Both the position numbers and the translations under genes were made by a program. From the NCBI GenBank assembly GCA_963753345.1, contig CAVWBU010000015.1:96001-160000 (forward strand): a DNA stretch of 64,000 nucleotides, read 5' to 3'. This document shows positions 18,800 to 28,549 of the stretch, one piece after another; positions within the stretch are counted from its first letter, which is position 1; every line of letters begins with the position of its first letter. This DNA is from an uncultured Fibrobacterota bacterium (lineage in GTDB: Bacteria > Fibrobacterota > Chitinivibrionia > Chitinivibrionales > FEN-1185). Under the pieces are notes generated by a model. The model saw nothing but the letters and a program-made list of their open reading frames with translations. It had not been told where the DNA came from and did no database searches.

Positions 18800-21700
18800 T
18801 TACATCTGCGTCTCCGCCATCTTCTTCAGCATCGCATACTTCGCATTCACGTTCTTCTGTGCCATTTCCATAAACTTCCCGCTCGCTTCCGGGTTCGTGC
18901 GCTGCAGGATCTTGTATCTGTTCTCGCGCATGGTGTAATCAACAAGCGGCATGGTCGGGTCTTTGCTGTCAAGCTGCAGCGGGTTTTTGCCCGCAGCGGC
19001 GAGCGCGGGATTGTACCGGTACAGCGGCCAGTGGCCGGACGCCACCGCATTCTTCTGCTCCTGGTACCCGTCAAGCATGTCTATGCCCTGGTTGATGCAC
19101 TGGGCATAGCAGAGAACGAGAGCGGGACCTTCGTAGGTCTCGGCCTCCATGAACGCCTTCACCGCCTGCTGCGGGTTTGCGCCGAGCGCGACCTTGGCAA
19201 TAAAAATGTAGCCGTAGCTCATGGCGATAAGGCCCATGTCTTTCTTGAATGTTGGTTTTCCGCCTGCGGCGAATTTCGCGACTGCACCCATAGGAGTGGC
19301 TTTTGATGCCTGGCCGCCGGTGTTGGAATACACCTCGGTGTCGAGCACCATGAGTTTCACGTTGCGGTTTGATGCGAGCACGTGGTCGAGCCCGCCGTAC
19401 CCGATGTCGTAGGCCCAACCGTCACCGCCGAACGCCCACACGGATTTTTTAGCAAGGAAATCGATGACCGACAGGAGCGCCTTTGCGTCGTCGGACTTGT
19501 CTTTTGCAAGGCCGGCCTTTGCGCGGTCGATGCGGGTGCGCTGCGTCTCGATTTTTTCCGCATCGGACTGGTCTGCGCCAAGGATTTCGCCGAGAAGTGT
19601 TTTGATTTCCGGGCCGCACGATCCGGTCTCAATCATTTTCTTCGCGTTCATGGCTGCGATATCGTTGAACTTGTCAACAGCCAGCCTCATGCCGAACGCG
19701 ACTTCGGCCGGGTCTTCGAACAGGGAATTGTTCCATGCGGGCCCGCGGCCGTCCGCCCGTTTGGCGTAGGGAGTTGTGGGAAGGTTGCCGCCGTAAATGG
19801 ACGAGCAGCCAGTTGCGTTGGCAATGATCGCCCGGTCGCCGAACAGTTGCGATACCAGCTTGATATACGGGGTTTCGCCGCAGCCTGCGCATGCGCTTGA
19901 GAATTCGAACAGCGGGCGCACGAACTGGCTGCCCTTCATGGTGTCTGTTTTAAAAAGCTTTGCGTCGGTCTCGGGAATTTTGAGGAAGAACTCCCAGTTT
20001 TTTGCCTCTGCCTCCCGCAGCGGCGTCTGCGGCTTCATGATGATCGCGTCGCCCTTGCCGGTCATGGGGCAATTCTGCACGCACACCCCGCAGCCGGTGC
20101 AGTCTTCAACGGCCACCTGCATCGTGTACTTGAGGCCCGCGTATTCCTTGCCTTTTGCATCTACCGACTTGAACGTCGCGGGCGCGCCTGCAAGGTGTTT
20201 CGGGTCGTATGCTTTGGGCCGTATGGTTGCATGCGGGCACAGCAGGGAGCACCGGTGGCACTGTATGCACACCGCCGGGTTCCACACCGGCACGTTGAGC
20301 GCGATATTGCGTTTTTCGTACTGTGTGGTGGCGGTGGGCCAGATGCCGTCGGCTGGCATCTGCGAGACCTTGACGGTGTGTCCCATCTGCTTGAGCAGCG
20401 TGCCGATCACCTCCTTGACAAACGCAGGCGCGTTGTCGGGCACGGGCTTGATTTCTTCGACAGGGTTGGTAACCTTGTCCGGGTATTCCACCTTGTTGAT
20501 TTCGCTCTGCGCCTTGTCGACCGCGGCGTTGTTCATCTGAAGGACCTTCTCGCCCTTCTTGCCGTACGATTTTTCAATGGCATATTTGATCGACTTGATG
20601 GCCTTGATGTCGTCCATCACCTTTGAAATGCGGAAGAACGCGGTCTGCATGATCACATTGATGCGGCCGCCGAGCCCGAGGCCCTGCGCTATTCCCACCG
20701 CGTCAATCACGAAAAACTGCGCCTTCTTGTCGATGATCTGCTGCTGCACCCGGCCTGGCAGTTTGGACCAGATGGTTGTTGCGTCATATTCGGAGGTGAG
20801 CAGGAACACGCCGCCTTCTTCGAGAAAGCCCAGCATGTCGTATTTCTCAAGGAACGAGTAATTGTGGCAGGCGATAAAATTGGCTTTGGTGATGAGATAG
20901 GGACGGCGTATGGGCTTGGGCCCGAAACGGAGGTGCGACACCGTGACCGCGCCGGCCTTCTTGGAGTCGTACACGAAATAGCCCTGCGCAAAGTTCGGGG
21001 TCTGCTCGCCGATGATCTTGATGGAATTCTTGTTCGCGCCGACCGTGCCGTCGGAACCGAGACCGAAGAACAGGGCGCGGTGCGTCTCCTTGTCTTCAAC
21101 GCTGAAGTTGCCGTCAAAAGCTATTGATGCGCCCATGACGTCGTCGTCCGGGCCCACCATGAAATGGTTTTTTGGTTTGTCTTTTGCGAGTTCGTCGAAA
21201 ATGCCCTTGACCATTGCGGGCGTGAACTCGGCTGAACCGAGACCGTAGCGTCCGCCGATGATTTTAGGATACTGTTTGAGCGCGGACGTTCCCTCGCTCA
21301 TTGCCTCGCCGAGAGCGGTGCGCACGTCTTCGTACAGAGGCTCGCCGAGCGAACCGGGTTCTTTTGTCCTGTCGAGGACCGCGATTTTCTGGACCGTGCC
21401 GGGAAGCGCATTGACAAATGCTTTCGCGTCGAACGGCCGGAACAGGTGGACTTTGAGCACGCCGGTCTTTGCGCCCTTGGCGTTGAGGTATTCCACCGTG
21501 TCCTGCACGGTTTCGCCGCCCGAGCCCATGATGATGATCACACGGTCCGCGTCCTTCGCGCCTTCATAGTCGAACAGGCGGTACTGCCGGCCCGTGAGCT
21601 TTGCGAATTTGTCCATGGCCGCCTGGACAATGCCGGGGCATGCCGCATAGAACTTGTTGACGGTTTCGCGTCCAGTAAAATAGACGTCCGGGTTCTGCGA

Positions 21701-22357
21701 CGTGCCGCGGAGCGTGGGATGGTCGGGCGACATGCCGCGGCTGCGGAATGCGCGGATGTCCTCCTCGTCGATCATGGCGCGCATGTCGTCGAACGTGAGT
21801 TCTTCGATCTTCTGCACTTCATGCGAGGTGCGGAAACCGTCGTAAAAATGAAGGAACGGGATGCGCGATTTGAGCGTGGAGGACTGGGCGATAAGTGCGA
21901 AGTCCATTGCTTCCTGCACCGAATTGGAGCATATGAGCGCAAACCCGGTCTGCCGGGTGGCCATCACGTCGCTGTGGTCGCCGAAAATATTCAATGCCTG
22001 GCAGGCGAGTGCGCGCGCGGTAACGTGGAAGGCGGTGGGCATGAGCTCGCCGGCGATCTTGAACATGGTCGGGATCATCAGGAGAAGTCCCTGCGACGCG
22101 GTGAAGGTCGTGGTGAGCGTGCCGGTGCACAGGGAACCATGCACCGCGCCGGCCGCGCCCGCTTCGGACTGGAGCTGGGCAACGGTGGGAATTGTCCCCC
22201 AGATGTTCTTTTCGCCCTTTGCCGATTTTTCATCCGCTATTTCGCCCAAACCCGACGAGGGAGTAATGGGGTAGATGGCGATCACTTCGTTTACCGCATG
22301 CGCCACATGCGCGCAGGCGGTGTTGCCTTCGTGGGGGACCATTTTCCGTTGTGCCAT
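18800..22357 (-). CDS. nifJ: Pyruvate:ferredoxin (flavodoxin) oxidoreductase
   Basis: IYPITPSS, QSEAGAAG, GLGSDGTVGANKNS, CIQCHRC..CP, CTGCGVC..CP, ACAGCGETPY, GGDGWAYDIG. Confidence 0.97.
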   Translation of the reverse strand: MAQRKMVPHEGNTACAHVAHAVNEVIAIYPITPSSGLGEIADEKSAKGEKNIWGTIPTVAQLQSEAGAAGAVHGSLCTGTLTTTFTASQGLLLMIPTMFKIAGELMPTAFHVTARALACQALNIFGDHSDVMATRQTGFALICSNSVQEAMDFALIAQSSTLKSRIPFLHFYDGFRTSHEVQKIEELTFDDMRAMIDEEDIRAFRSRGMSPDHPTLRGTSQNPDVYFTGRETVNKFYAACPGIVQAAMDKFAKLTGRQYRLFDYEGAKDADRVIIIMGSGGETVQDTVEYLNAKGAKTGVLKVHLFRPFDAKAFVNALPGTVQKIAVLDRTKEPGSLGEPLYEDVRTALGEAMSEGTSALKQYPKIIGGRYGLGSAEFTPAMVKGIFDELAKDKPKNHFMVGPDDDVMGASIAFDGNFSVEDKETHRALFFGLGSDGTVGANKNSIKIIGEQTPNFAQGYFVYDSKKAGAVTVSHLRFGPKPIRRPYLITKANFIACHNYSFLEKYDMLGFLEEGGVFLLTSEYDATTIWSKLPGRVQQQIIDKKAQFFVIDAVGIAQGLGLGGRINVIMQTAFFRISKVMDDIKAIKSIKYAIEKSYGKKGEKVLQMNNAAVDKAQSEINKVEYPDKVTNPVEEIKPVPDNAPAFVKEVIGTLLKQMGHTVKVSQMPADGIWPTATTQYEKRNIALNVPVWNPAVCIQCHRCSLLCPHATIRPKAYDPKHLAGAPATFKSVDAKGKEYAGLKYTMQVAVEDCTGCGVCVQNCPMTGKGDAIIMKPQTPLREAEAKNWEFFLKIPETDAKLFKTDTMKGSQFVRPLFEFSSACAGCGETPYIKLVSQLFGDRAIIANATGCSSIYGGNLPTTPYAKRADGRGPAWNNSLFEDPAEVAFGMRLAVDKFNDIAAMNAKKMIETGSCGPEIKTLLGEILGADQSDAEKIETQRTRIDRAKAGLAKDKSDDAKALLSVIDFLAKKSVWAFGGDGWAYDIGYGGLDHVLASNRNVKLMVLDTEVYSNTGGQASKATPMGAVAKFAAGGKPTFKKDMGLIAMSYGYIFIAKVALGANPQQAVKAFMEAETYEGPALVLCYAQCINQGIDMLDGYQEQKNAVASGHWPLYRYNPALAAAGKNPLQLDSKDPTMPLVDYTMRENRYKILQRTNPEASGKFMEMAQKNVNAKYAMLKKMAETQM

Positions 22358-22518
22358 GGGAAGCTCCTGCTATGGTTATTAATTTATGTATGATGTGAAT
22401 TGTTGGCGGAAGTATTTTTGAAAACGTGATAAAATACATGAAAGCGGGATAAAGAGCCTAAGAGGAGAGTATTTAAGTGGGGGGAGGTACAGCCTGTCTC
22501 AAAACTCAAGAGAAGATC

Positions 22519-22916
22519 TGGGCGCCCCGCCGAAGACGGCGTCGGTTCTCCTTCCGGTCTCGGCTAAGGCCTCGGGTTGCCGACGGCCCTAGTCGCCCAC
22601 AGGCGAGGGTCGGGCGGCATCGCGCTCTGGCGCGACCTCCAGTCGCCCCTGGCGCGTGCGCAGACGACCGGAGCTTGATTGAATATTTGCAACTGTTTTT
22701 AGGTAGGATAGTTGACAAAAGCGAATGCACCTTAATTCGCTATCGCCGCGAAGCGGCATACCGCAGAGGTTGCGTTGCGAAGGGGCGACGCCGCGCGAGC
22801 GCAAGTCGAGCGCACCAGACGCGCCCCTTTGCTGGAGGGGGTGTGCCCCGAGACCCCGCAGACCGCAGGGCGAGGAGGCTTGGGGCCAGGGGGAAACGCG
22901 AAGCGGTGCCCCCACC
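22519..22916 (-). repeat. Bipartite element, copy E6 (divergent A-like module about 22720-22916, module B 22519-22660)
   Basis: Minus strand has GGGGCGACTGGAGG, GACCGGAAGGAGAACCGAC and GGGGCGCCCA; the A-like part starts GGTGGGGG..TTTCCCCCT and contains CACCCCCTCC. Confidence 0.8.
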
Positions 22917-22948
22917 GGAACCTGTATAATTAATGACAAAATACAGAA

Positions 22949-23884
22949 TTATGAAAGGTCTTGCTTAGTCGGCAAAGAATCTATCATCCCGCCTTTGATC
23001 CCCTTGAAAAGGGCAACATTGTTCGCGAATTGCGCGGCGGTAAAGGGGTCGAACCCGCGGGCAATGCTGTGTAGGAACCCGCCGTTGAACGCGCTGCCGA
23101 TGAGGGTGAGGTCGGCAACGGGTCCTTTACCGGCGGGAATAGGGAACTCCTCGATTTTTCCCTGATAGCCCACGAGGCAGCCCTTGTCGCCGTTCTTGAC
23201 GGCCACGATTGAAACCCCGCGGTCCCACAGAAACCCGATGACGTCGAGCGGGCGCTCGTAGCCGAACAGGGCCTTGGATTCGTCGGGCGCGGAGGGAAGC
23301 ATCACGTCGACAAGGGGGAGCACGCTCCAGAGACATTCCTTGGCGTCGTCGAGCGACCAGAGACGGAGCCGGAGGTTGGGATCGTACGCAACCATGATGT
23401 CGTTGATATGCGCGAGATGGAACGCCTTGAACACGGTGTGGCGGGCGGCCTTTGATACCGACTGGAGCTCGCTTGACGCATACACGATCTTGCTGTTTTC
23501 GATGAGGTCGTCGTAGACAAGCGCCGGGGTGATGGACTGGGCCGCGCTCCCGGGACGGTGGAACAGGTACTCCCGCTCGTCGGTGTTGCGCGGGTTGGTG
23601 AGGTAGACGCCGTTGTATCCCTGGCAGGTGATGGTGTGGTCGATGTTGATGCCCTGACCCACGAGCGCCTCGCGCGCGAACGAATGGAACGGGTCGCACG
23701 CGATCGCCGACACCAGCGACACGGCCGACCCGAGGCGCGCCGCAGCGACCGCGGTGATGATGTCGGCCCCGCCGATTGATTTACGGTAACGGTCCGCGAG
23801 GGCGATGTCGCCGTCGCACCGCATCTCGACGAACGTTTCGCCGATCACGAGAAGGTCGAAATCGCGGACATAGGCAGGTTTCAT
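22949..23884 (-). CDS. PfkB/ribokinase-family protein with degenerate GAGD motif
   Basis: IGETFVE, GGA..AVAAARLG, YDPNLRLRLW, VAVKNGDKG; C-terminal DLTLIGSAFNGG. Confidence 0.85.
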   Translation of the reverse strand: MKPAYVRDFDLLVIGETFVEMRCDGDIALADRYRKSIGGADIITAVAAARLGSAVSLVSAIACDPFHSFAREALVGQGINIDHTITCQGYNGVYLTNPRNTDEREYLFHRPGSAAQSITPALVYDDLIENSKIVYASSELQSVSKAARHTVFKAFHLAHINDIMVAYDPNLRLRLWSLDDAKECLWSVLPLVDVMLPSAPDESKALFGYERPLDVIGFLWDRGVSIVAVKNGDKGCLVGYQGKIEEFPIPAGKGPVADLTLIGSAFNGGFLHSIARGFDPFTAAQFANNVALFKGIKGGMIDSLPTKQDLS

Positions 23885-23994
23885 GGAAAAATTCCAACGT
23901 TCAAATTCAAGACTTCGGTGCTGGAATTGGAGGAGCTTGGACCGTTGCTGTTAAAGTTCCCACTCTCAACTTTCAACTCTTAACCTTCAACTTC

Positions 23995-24339
23995 CTAAAA
24001 CGGCGATTCCATCAGGCACCGCAACGGATCGCGCTTGTCGGAGGAGACTTCCGAGAACTCCACGCCGATCATGTGCTGTTCGCCGATCCGGCATGTCCAT
24101 GCCACTTTCCCTTTGCACCTGGTGGTGCCGAACTGGTTGTTGACTTCTATCAAGAGCTCGGCGCCCTGCGGAATTTCGAGGTGAGGTGTTTCGCCGCCCA
24201 CGGTGAAACGCGCGCCGATTTCCGAGAAGTCAAGCATCGACGCCGGATACCTGGTTCCGTGCACCACGACGGAGGAGGGACACGACACCCTGAGGGCTTT
24301 TCGTCCGGCCCTGCGGCGTTCGGCGTCCTTTGTTTTCAC
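23995..24339 (-). CDS. PilZ domain protein
   Basis: RKALR and DFSEIGA motifs, GVEF; paralogous to 18042-18425. Confidence 0.85.
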   Translation of the reverse strand: MKTKDAERRRAGRKALRVSCPSSVVVHGTRYPASMLDFSEIGARFTVGGETPHLEIPQGAELLIEVNNQFGTTRCKGKVAWTCRIGEQHMIGVEFSEVSSDKRDPLRCLMESPF

Positions 24340-24363
24340 GGTGCGCGTCCGATCCGTACGGCG

Positions 24364-25338
24364 TCATGCCGCCACAGGTGCGGCGGGTTCTGTTGCCAAT
24401 GTCGCATCCACAAACCGGCTCACGAGACGGTCGATGTCGTCCTTCCGCGCCAGCGAGCGAAGCCACTCGTCGGGCACCGATTCGAGACCGTGCGCGATGC
24501 CGGCAAGGCCGCCCGCCACCATGCCCGTGGTGTCGGTGTCGAGGCCGAGGTTGACGGCCGCGAGGAGGATTTCCTTCGTGCTGTGGTATCTGAGCGTGCA
24601 CCACAGGGCCGCCTCCAGCGTGTCGACGATGTATCCCGAGGAGCGGATTTCACTTTCGGCAAGGCCGGGCAGCTCGTGCGAAATGATGCGCATGAAATGC
24701 GGCAGCTCGTTCTTAAAAATCGGATCGTGCGAATAAAAATCGAGGGCCTGCGCCACGGCGCTTTTGTATGCCGCCTCTTTGTCGGGCGTGCCGAGCAGTT
24801 CCCTTACGTAAAGGCAATAAAAACCGCACCCCATTTTGGACCGCGGGTGCGCATGCGTTATCGCCGAGATTTCGTGTGCTCGCGCAAGCAGGTCGGCGGT
24901 GGAACGGGTGCGGAAGTGCATCGCCACGGGGAGCATGCGCATGAGGGAGCCGTTGCCGTTGTCGTCTTCGGAGCGGCCGCCCGAGGCTGCGGCGCTCGCG
25001 CCGCCGTTTTTGATCCTGTCAAGGGCGAGATAGGTGGTGAGTCCCGCATCGAACACGAACCCCGTGGCGGTCCAGTACGATTCGAAAAGCCATTGTGAGA
25101 AAAGCTTGCCCATGGATTCGAGGTCATAGCCGTTCACCATGGTTTCCATGGTACACAGGACAAGAGCCGCGTCATCGGACCAGGTTCCTTCCGGCTGGTC
25201 GTAGCGGCCGTACCCGAGCATGTTCTTGACGGAGCAGAGCGCAAGCTGCTGCCTGGTCGACGATTCCACGGGAACGCCGAGCGCGTCGCCGATGATGCCG
25301 GCGAGGAGTGCGGATTTCATTTTTTCGCGGAGATTCAT
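24364..25338 (-). CDS. ADP-ribosylglycohydrolase family protein
   Basis: GDALGVPVE, GTWSDD, NGNGSLMR, AVNLGLDTDT. Confidence 0.93.
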   Translation of the reverse strand: MNLREKMKSALLAGIIGDALGVPVESSTRQQLALCSVKNMLGYGRYDQPEGTWSDDAALVLCTMETMVNGYDLESMGKLFSQWLFESYWTATGFVFDAGLTTYLALDRIKNGGASAAASGGRSEDDNGNGSLMRMLPVAMHFRTRSTADLLARAHEISAITHAHPRSKMGCGFYCLYVRELLGTPDKEAAYKSAVAQALDFYSHDPIFKNELPHFMRIISHELPGLAESEIRSSGYIVDTLEAALWCTLRYHSTKEILLAAVNLGLDTDTTGMVAGGLAGIAHGLESVPDEWLRSLARKDDIDRLVSRFVDATLATEPAAPVAA

Positions 25339-25600
25339 GGGCGACAGTTAAAATAACATTTAATGGAAACGCCGAACTACTCTTTTTTGAGAATGGAGAT
25401 CGCAAAGGCGGTGTCTGTGCGCTCCGGAATTCAATGCGGTGATGCGTCGCGGGTGGAAATCGTCCCGTCGGGCTTGTGCCGGTTCACCGCCGCGGGCTTT
25501 GACATGGATAAGAGCAACAACATATATTTGGACATTCCGGAATTGAAGAACCCCGCAACCAGCTTCGAGAAGTCGCTCGCTGTGGGATTCGCCCTGAGCA

Positions 25601-26284
25601 ATGCCGCACCCCGAAAAACACCTTGTTATCGCCATCGACGGCCCGGCCGGTTCAGGCAAGAGCTCGACCGCGAAGCTCGTGGCGCAGCGTCTGGGCATAC
25701 TCCATCTTGACACGGGCGCGATGTACAGGGCCGTGACCCTCAAGTGTCTGAGACGCGGCATACCGCACGGCGACCACGGCGCGATTGCCGAGCTTGTGAG
25801 TAACACCGGGATCTCATTCACCGGCGCGCCTGCCGCGATGCGCGTGCTGATGGACGGCGAGGACGTGACAAGCGCGATCCGCAGCGACGAGGTTACCAAG
25901 AACGTTTCGGACTACTGCACCGTGCCGGCGGTGAGGAAGGTGCTGGTGGACCTTCAGCGGAAGATCGGCAAAGGCGGGTCTCTTGTTTGTGAAGGACGCG
26001 ACATCGGCACCGTCGTTTTTCCGAAGGCGCGCCTGAAGTTCTTTATGGTCGCGTCCGACGAGGAGCGGGCCAGAAGACGTCAAAAAGACTTCGCGGCGAT
26101 GGGAATAAAGAAAAGTCTTGATGAGCTTGTTGACGAAATCCGCGCGCGCGACCACAAGGATTCGAGCAGGGAGAACAGCCCACTGTGCAAGGCGGATGAT
26201 GCAGAAGAAATAGACACGACGAATATGACGCTAGACCAACAGGTGAAATACATAGTTGACAAGGCAAGAAAATTGATTGAGTAA
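25601..26284 (+). CDS. cmk: Cytidylate kinase
   Basis: IAIDGPAGSGKSS, LDTGAMYRA, EGRDIGTVVFP; upstream of rpsA. Confidence 0.96.
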   Translation: MPHPEKHLVIAIDGPAGSGKSSTAKLVAQRLGILHLDTGAMYRAVTLKCLRRGIPHGDHGAIAELVSNTGISFTGAPAAMRVLMDGEDVTSAIRSDEVTKNVSDYCTVPAVRKVLVDLQRKIGKGGSLVCEGRDIGTVVFPKARLKFFMVASDEERARRRQKDFAAMGIKKSLDELVDEIRARDHKDSSRENSPLCKADDAEEIDTTNMTLDQQVKYIVDKARKLIE

Positions 26285-26300
26285 AAACAGCAGTAGTTAT

Positions 26301-26481
26301 TTTGCGCAAAAAATGTTTCTTGACTGAATAGAGTTCCGTTTGCGCGCGTTAGGCGGACTGGAGTGGTGCGCTGGAGCGCAGTACCGCCTGATCCCTAGCC
26401 GAAGGCGGTAGGGACAGAGCGGTACCGAGGCCTTGGCCGAGCCCGGAAGGAGGCCGACCCCGCGAAGCGGGGGAACGCCCA
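26301..26481 (+). repeat. Structured intergenic element, copy E7 (module B only)
   Basis: TTGACTGAATAGAGTTCC..GCGCGCGTTAGG..GACTGGAG..GGGGGAACGCCCA between cmk and rpsA. Confidence 0.88.
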
Positions 26482-26557
26482 TGATTATTTTTTTCAGAAT
26501 TTTCATGTTTCTTTAATCATAATCCATTAACCTTAACCCAGTTTTTCAGGAGTATGT

Positions 26558-28399
26558 ATGTCCGAGTCCGAAGCAAAGGCAAAGAAGTCCCTGTCGGCCG
26601 TTGACGCGCAGGGGAACGCCGTCGATCTTTCCGATTTCGAGGAAACGTACTACCAGGCCGACCAGGTCCAGAACACCCTCGAACAGTACAAGGAATCGCT
26701 CGAGGGAATCGAGGAGGGCAAGGTCGTCAAGGGCCGCATCCTCAAGATCACCGAAAAGGAAGTTTTCGTCGATGTCAATTTCAAGTCCGAAGGCATCATC
26801 CCGCTTGCCGAATTCAAGGACGTCGCATCATACAAGGAAGGGGACGAAATCGATGTCTTCCTGGAACAGGTGGAAGACAGCGAGGGCCAGCTTATTCTGT
26901 CCAAGTCGCGCGCCGATTTCCTGCGCGTGTGGGACCGCATATACCAGGCATTCGAGAAACAGGAGACCGTGGAAGGCCGCATCCTTCGCAGGATCAAGGG
27001 CGGCGTGGTGGTGGATCTGTTCGGTGTGGACGCGTTTTTGCCGGGTTCGCAGATCGACCTCCGCCAGATCCCCGACATGGACTCCCTTATCAACAAGACG
27101 TTTAAATTCCGGGTCATCAAGGTCAACAAGGCCCGCCGTAACATCGTGGTGTCGCGCCGCGTGATCCTCGAAGAGGACCGCAACCAGCAGCGCGAGAAGA
27201 TCCTTGCCGAACTGGAAAAGGGTCAGATCCGCGACGGCACGGTGAAGAACATCACCGACTTCGGCGCATTTATCGATCTCGGCGGCGTGGACGGACTGCT
27301 CCACATCACCGACATGTCGTGGGGCCGCGTGAACCACCCGTCCGAAATCGTGGCTCTCGGTGACAAGGTGAAGGTGAAGGTGCTCGACTTCAACGAGAAC
27401 AAGGAGCGCATTTCGCTCGGTCTCAAACAGCTCACCGAGCATCCATGGAAGGGCATCGAGGATAAGTTTCCCGAAGGCGCGCGCGTGCGCGGCAAGATCG
27501 TTTCCATCACCGACTACGGCGCGTTCATGGAGCTCGAAAAGGGAATCGAGGGCCTCATCCATATTTCCGAAATGTCGTGGACCCAGCACATCAAGCACCC
27601 GTCCAAGATCGTGGGCATCGGCGACATCGTGGAGGCCGTGGTGCTCAAGGTCGACAAGGAGAACCAGAAGATTTCCCTCGGGTTCAAGCAGCTCGAGCCC
27701 GATCCGTGGACGAACGTCATCACCGAGTTCCCCGTGGGCACCGTGGTGAAGGGCAAGGTGCGCAACATCGCCGCATTCGGCGCTTTTGTCGAGCTCAAGG
27801 AGGGCGTGGACGGCCTGGTGCACATTTCCGACATGTCGTGGACCAAGAAGGTGAACCATCCCGGCGAGCTCCTTCGCAAAGGCGACACGATCGAGGTGAA
27901 GGTGCTCGACATCGACGTTGACAAGCGCAGGATTTCCCTCGGCGTCAAGCAGCTTACCGAAGACCCGTGGGGCGACCTTGCCAAAGAGTACTCCGTGGGC
28001 ACCGAAATGGAGGGCGAAGTGGCCCGCATCCTCGACCGCGGCATGATTGTGAACCTCTCGGCGACCGTGGAGGGGTTCGTGCCGCTCAACCAGCTCGGCC
28101 AGAGCGTCAACCACCCGTCGGAGGTGTACAAGGTGGGCGACAAGGTTCCGGTCGAGGTTGTGGAATTCGACATGGAGGGCAGGAAGATCATCCTGAGCAT
28201 CGCCGAATACTTCAAGGACAAGGACGAGAATCTGTGGAAGGAATACGAGGCCGCGCACGTGCCGAGGAAGTTGACAAAGGCCGAAAAGGCCGAGGGTCAT
28301 TCCAAGGGTGAAGAGGCGGAGAAGCCGGAAAAGAAGCCCAAGGAAAAGGCGGCACCGGAAGAGAGCGCCGAGAATGCGGAAAAAACGGAAGGGGCTTAA
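26558..28399 (+). CDS. rpsA: 30S ribosomal protein S1
   Basis: Repeated S1 domains (KNITDFGAFIDLGGVDGLLHITDMSW etc.). Confidence 0.98.
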   Translation: MSESEAKAKKSLSAVDAQGNAVDLSDFEETYYQADQVQNTLEQYKESLEGIEEGKVVKGRILKITEKEVFVDVNFKSEGIIPLAEFKDVASYKEGDEIDVFLEQVEDSEGQLILSKSRADFLRVWDRIYQAFEKQETVEGRILRRIKGGVVVDLFGVDAFLPGSQIDLRQIPDMDSLINKTFKFRVIKVNKARRNIVVSRRVILEEDRNQQREKILAELEKGQIRDGTVKNITDFGAFIDLGGVDGLLHITDMSWGRVNHPSEIVALGDKVKVKVLDFNENKERISLGLKQLTEHPWKGIEDKFPEGARVRGKIVSITDYGAFMELEKGIEGLIHISEMSWTQHIKHPSKIVGIGDIVEAVVLKVDKENQKISLGFKQLEPDPWTNVITEFPVGTVVKGKVRNIAAFGAFVELKEGVDGLVHISDMSWTKKVNHPGELLRKGDTIEVKVLDIDVDKRRISLGVKQLTEDPWGDLAKEYSVGTEMEGEVARILDRGMIVNLSATVEGFVPLNQLGQSVNHPSEVYKVGDKVPVEVVEFDMEGRKIILSIAEYFKDKDENLWKEYEAAHVPRKLTKAEKAEGHSKGEEAEKPEKKPKEKAAPEESAENAEKTEGA

Positions 28400-28441
28400 G
28401 GATAAAATTGGGGTAACGGTTGCCGATAACCGACAACAATG

Positions 28442-28473
28442 AACGGCTGCGAATTACCGCAGCCGTTTTTTTT
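28442..28473 (+). terminator. Intrinsic terminator of rpsA
   Basis: AACGGCTGCG/CGCAGCCGTT stem followed by T run. Confidence 0.8.
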
Positions 28474-28549
28474 GTTTCGAGCGTTGATGCGGCTCCAATC
28501 AAAGAGCGTACAGCAGTGAAGGTGTATGTCTCTCGTTCCGGATGGATTT

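Noticed and set aside
25363-25710. 115-aa ORF upstream of cmk
   Set aside because: No recognisable motif and it overlaps cmk by 110 bp; cannot be supported as a gene or an aroA remnant by eye.
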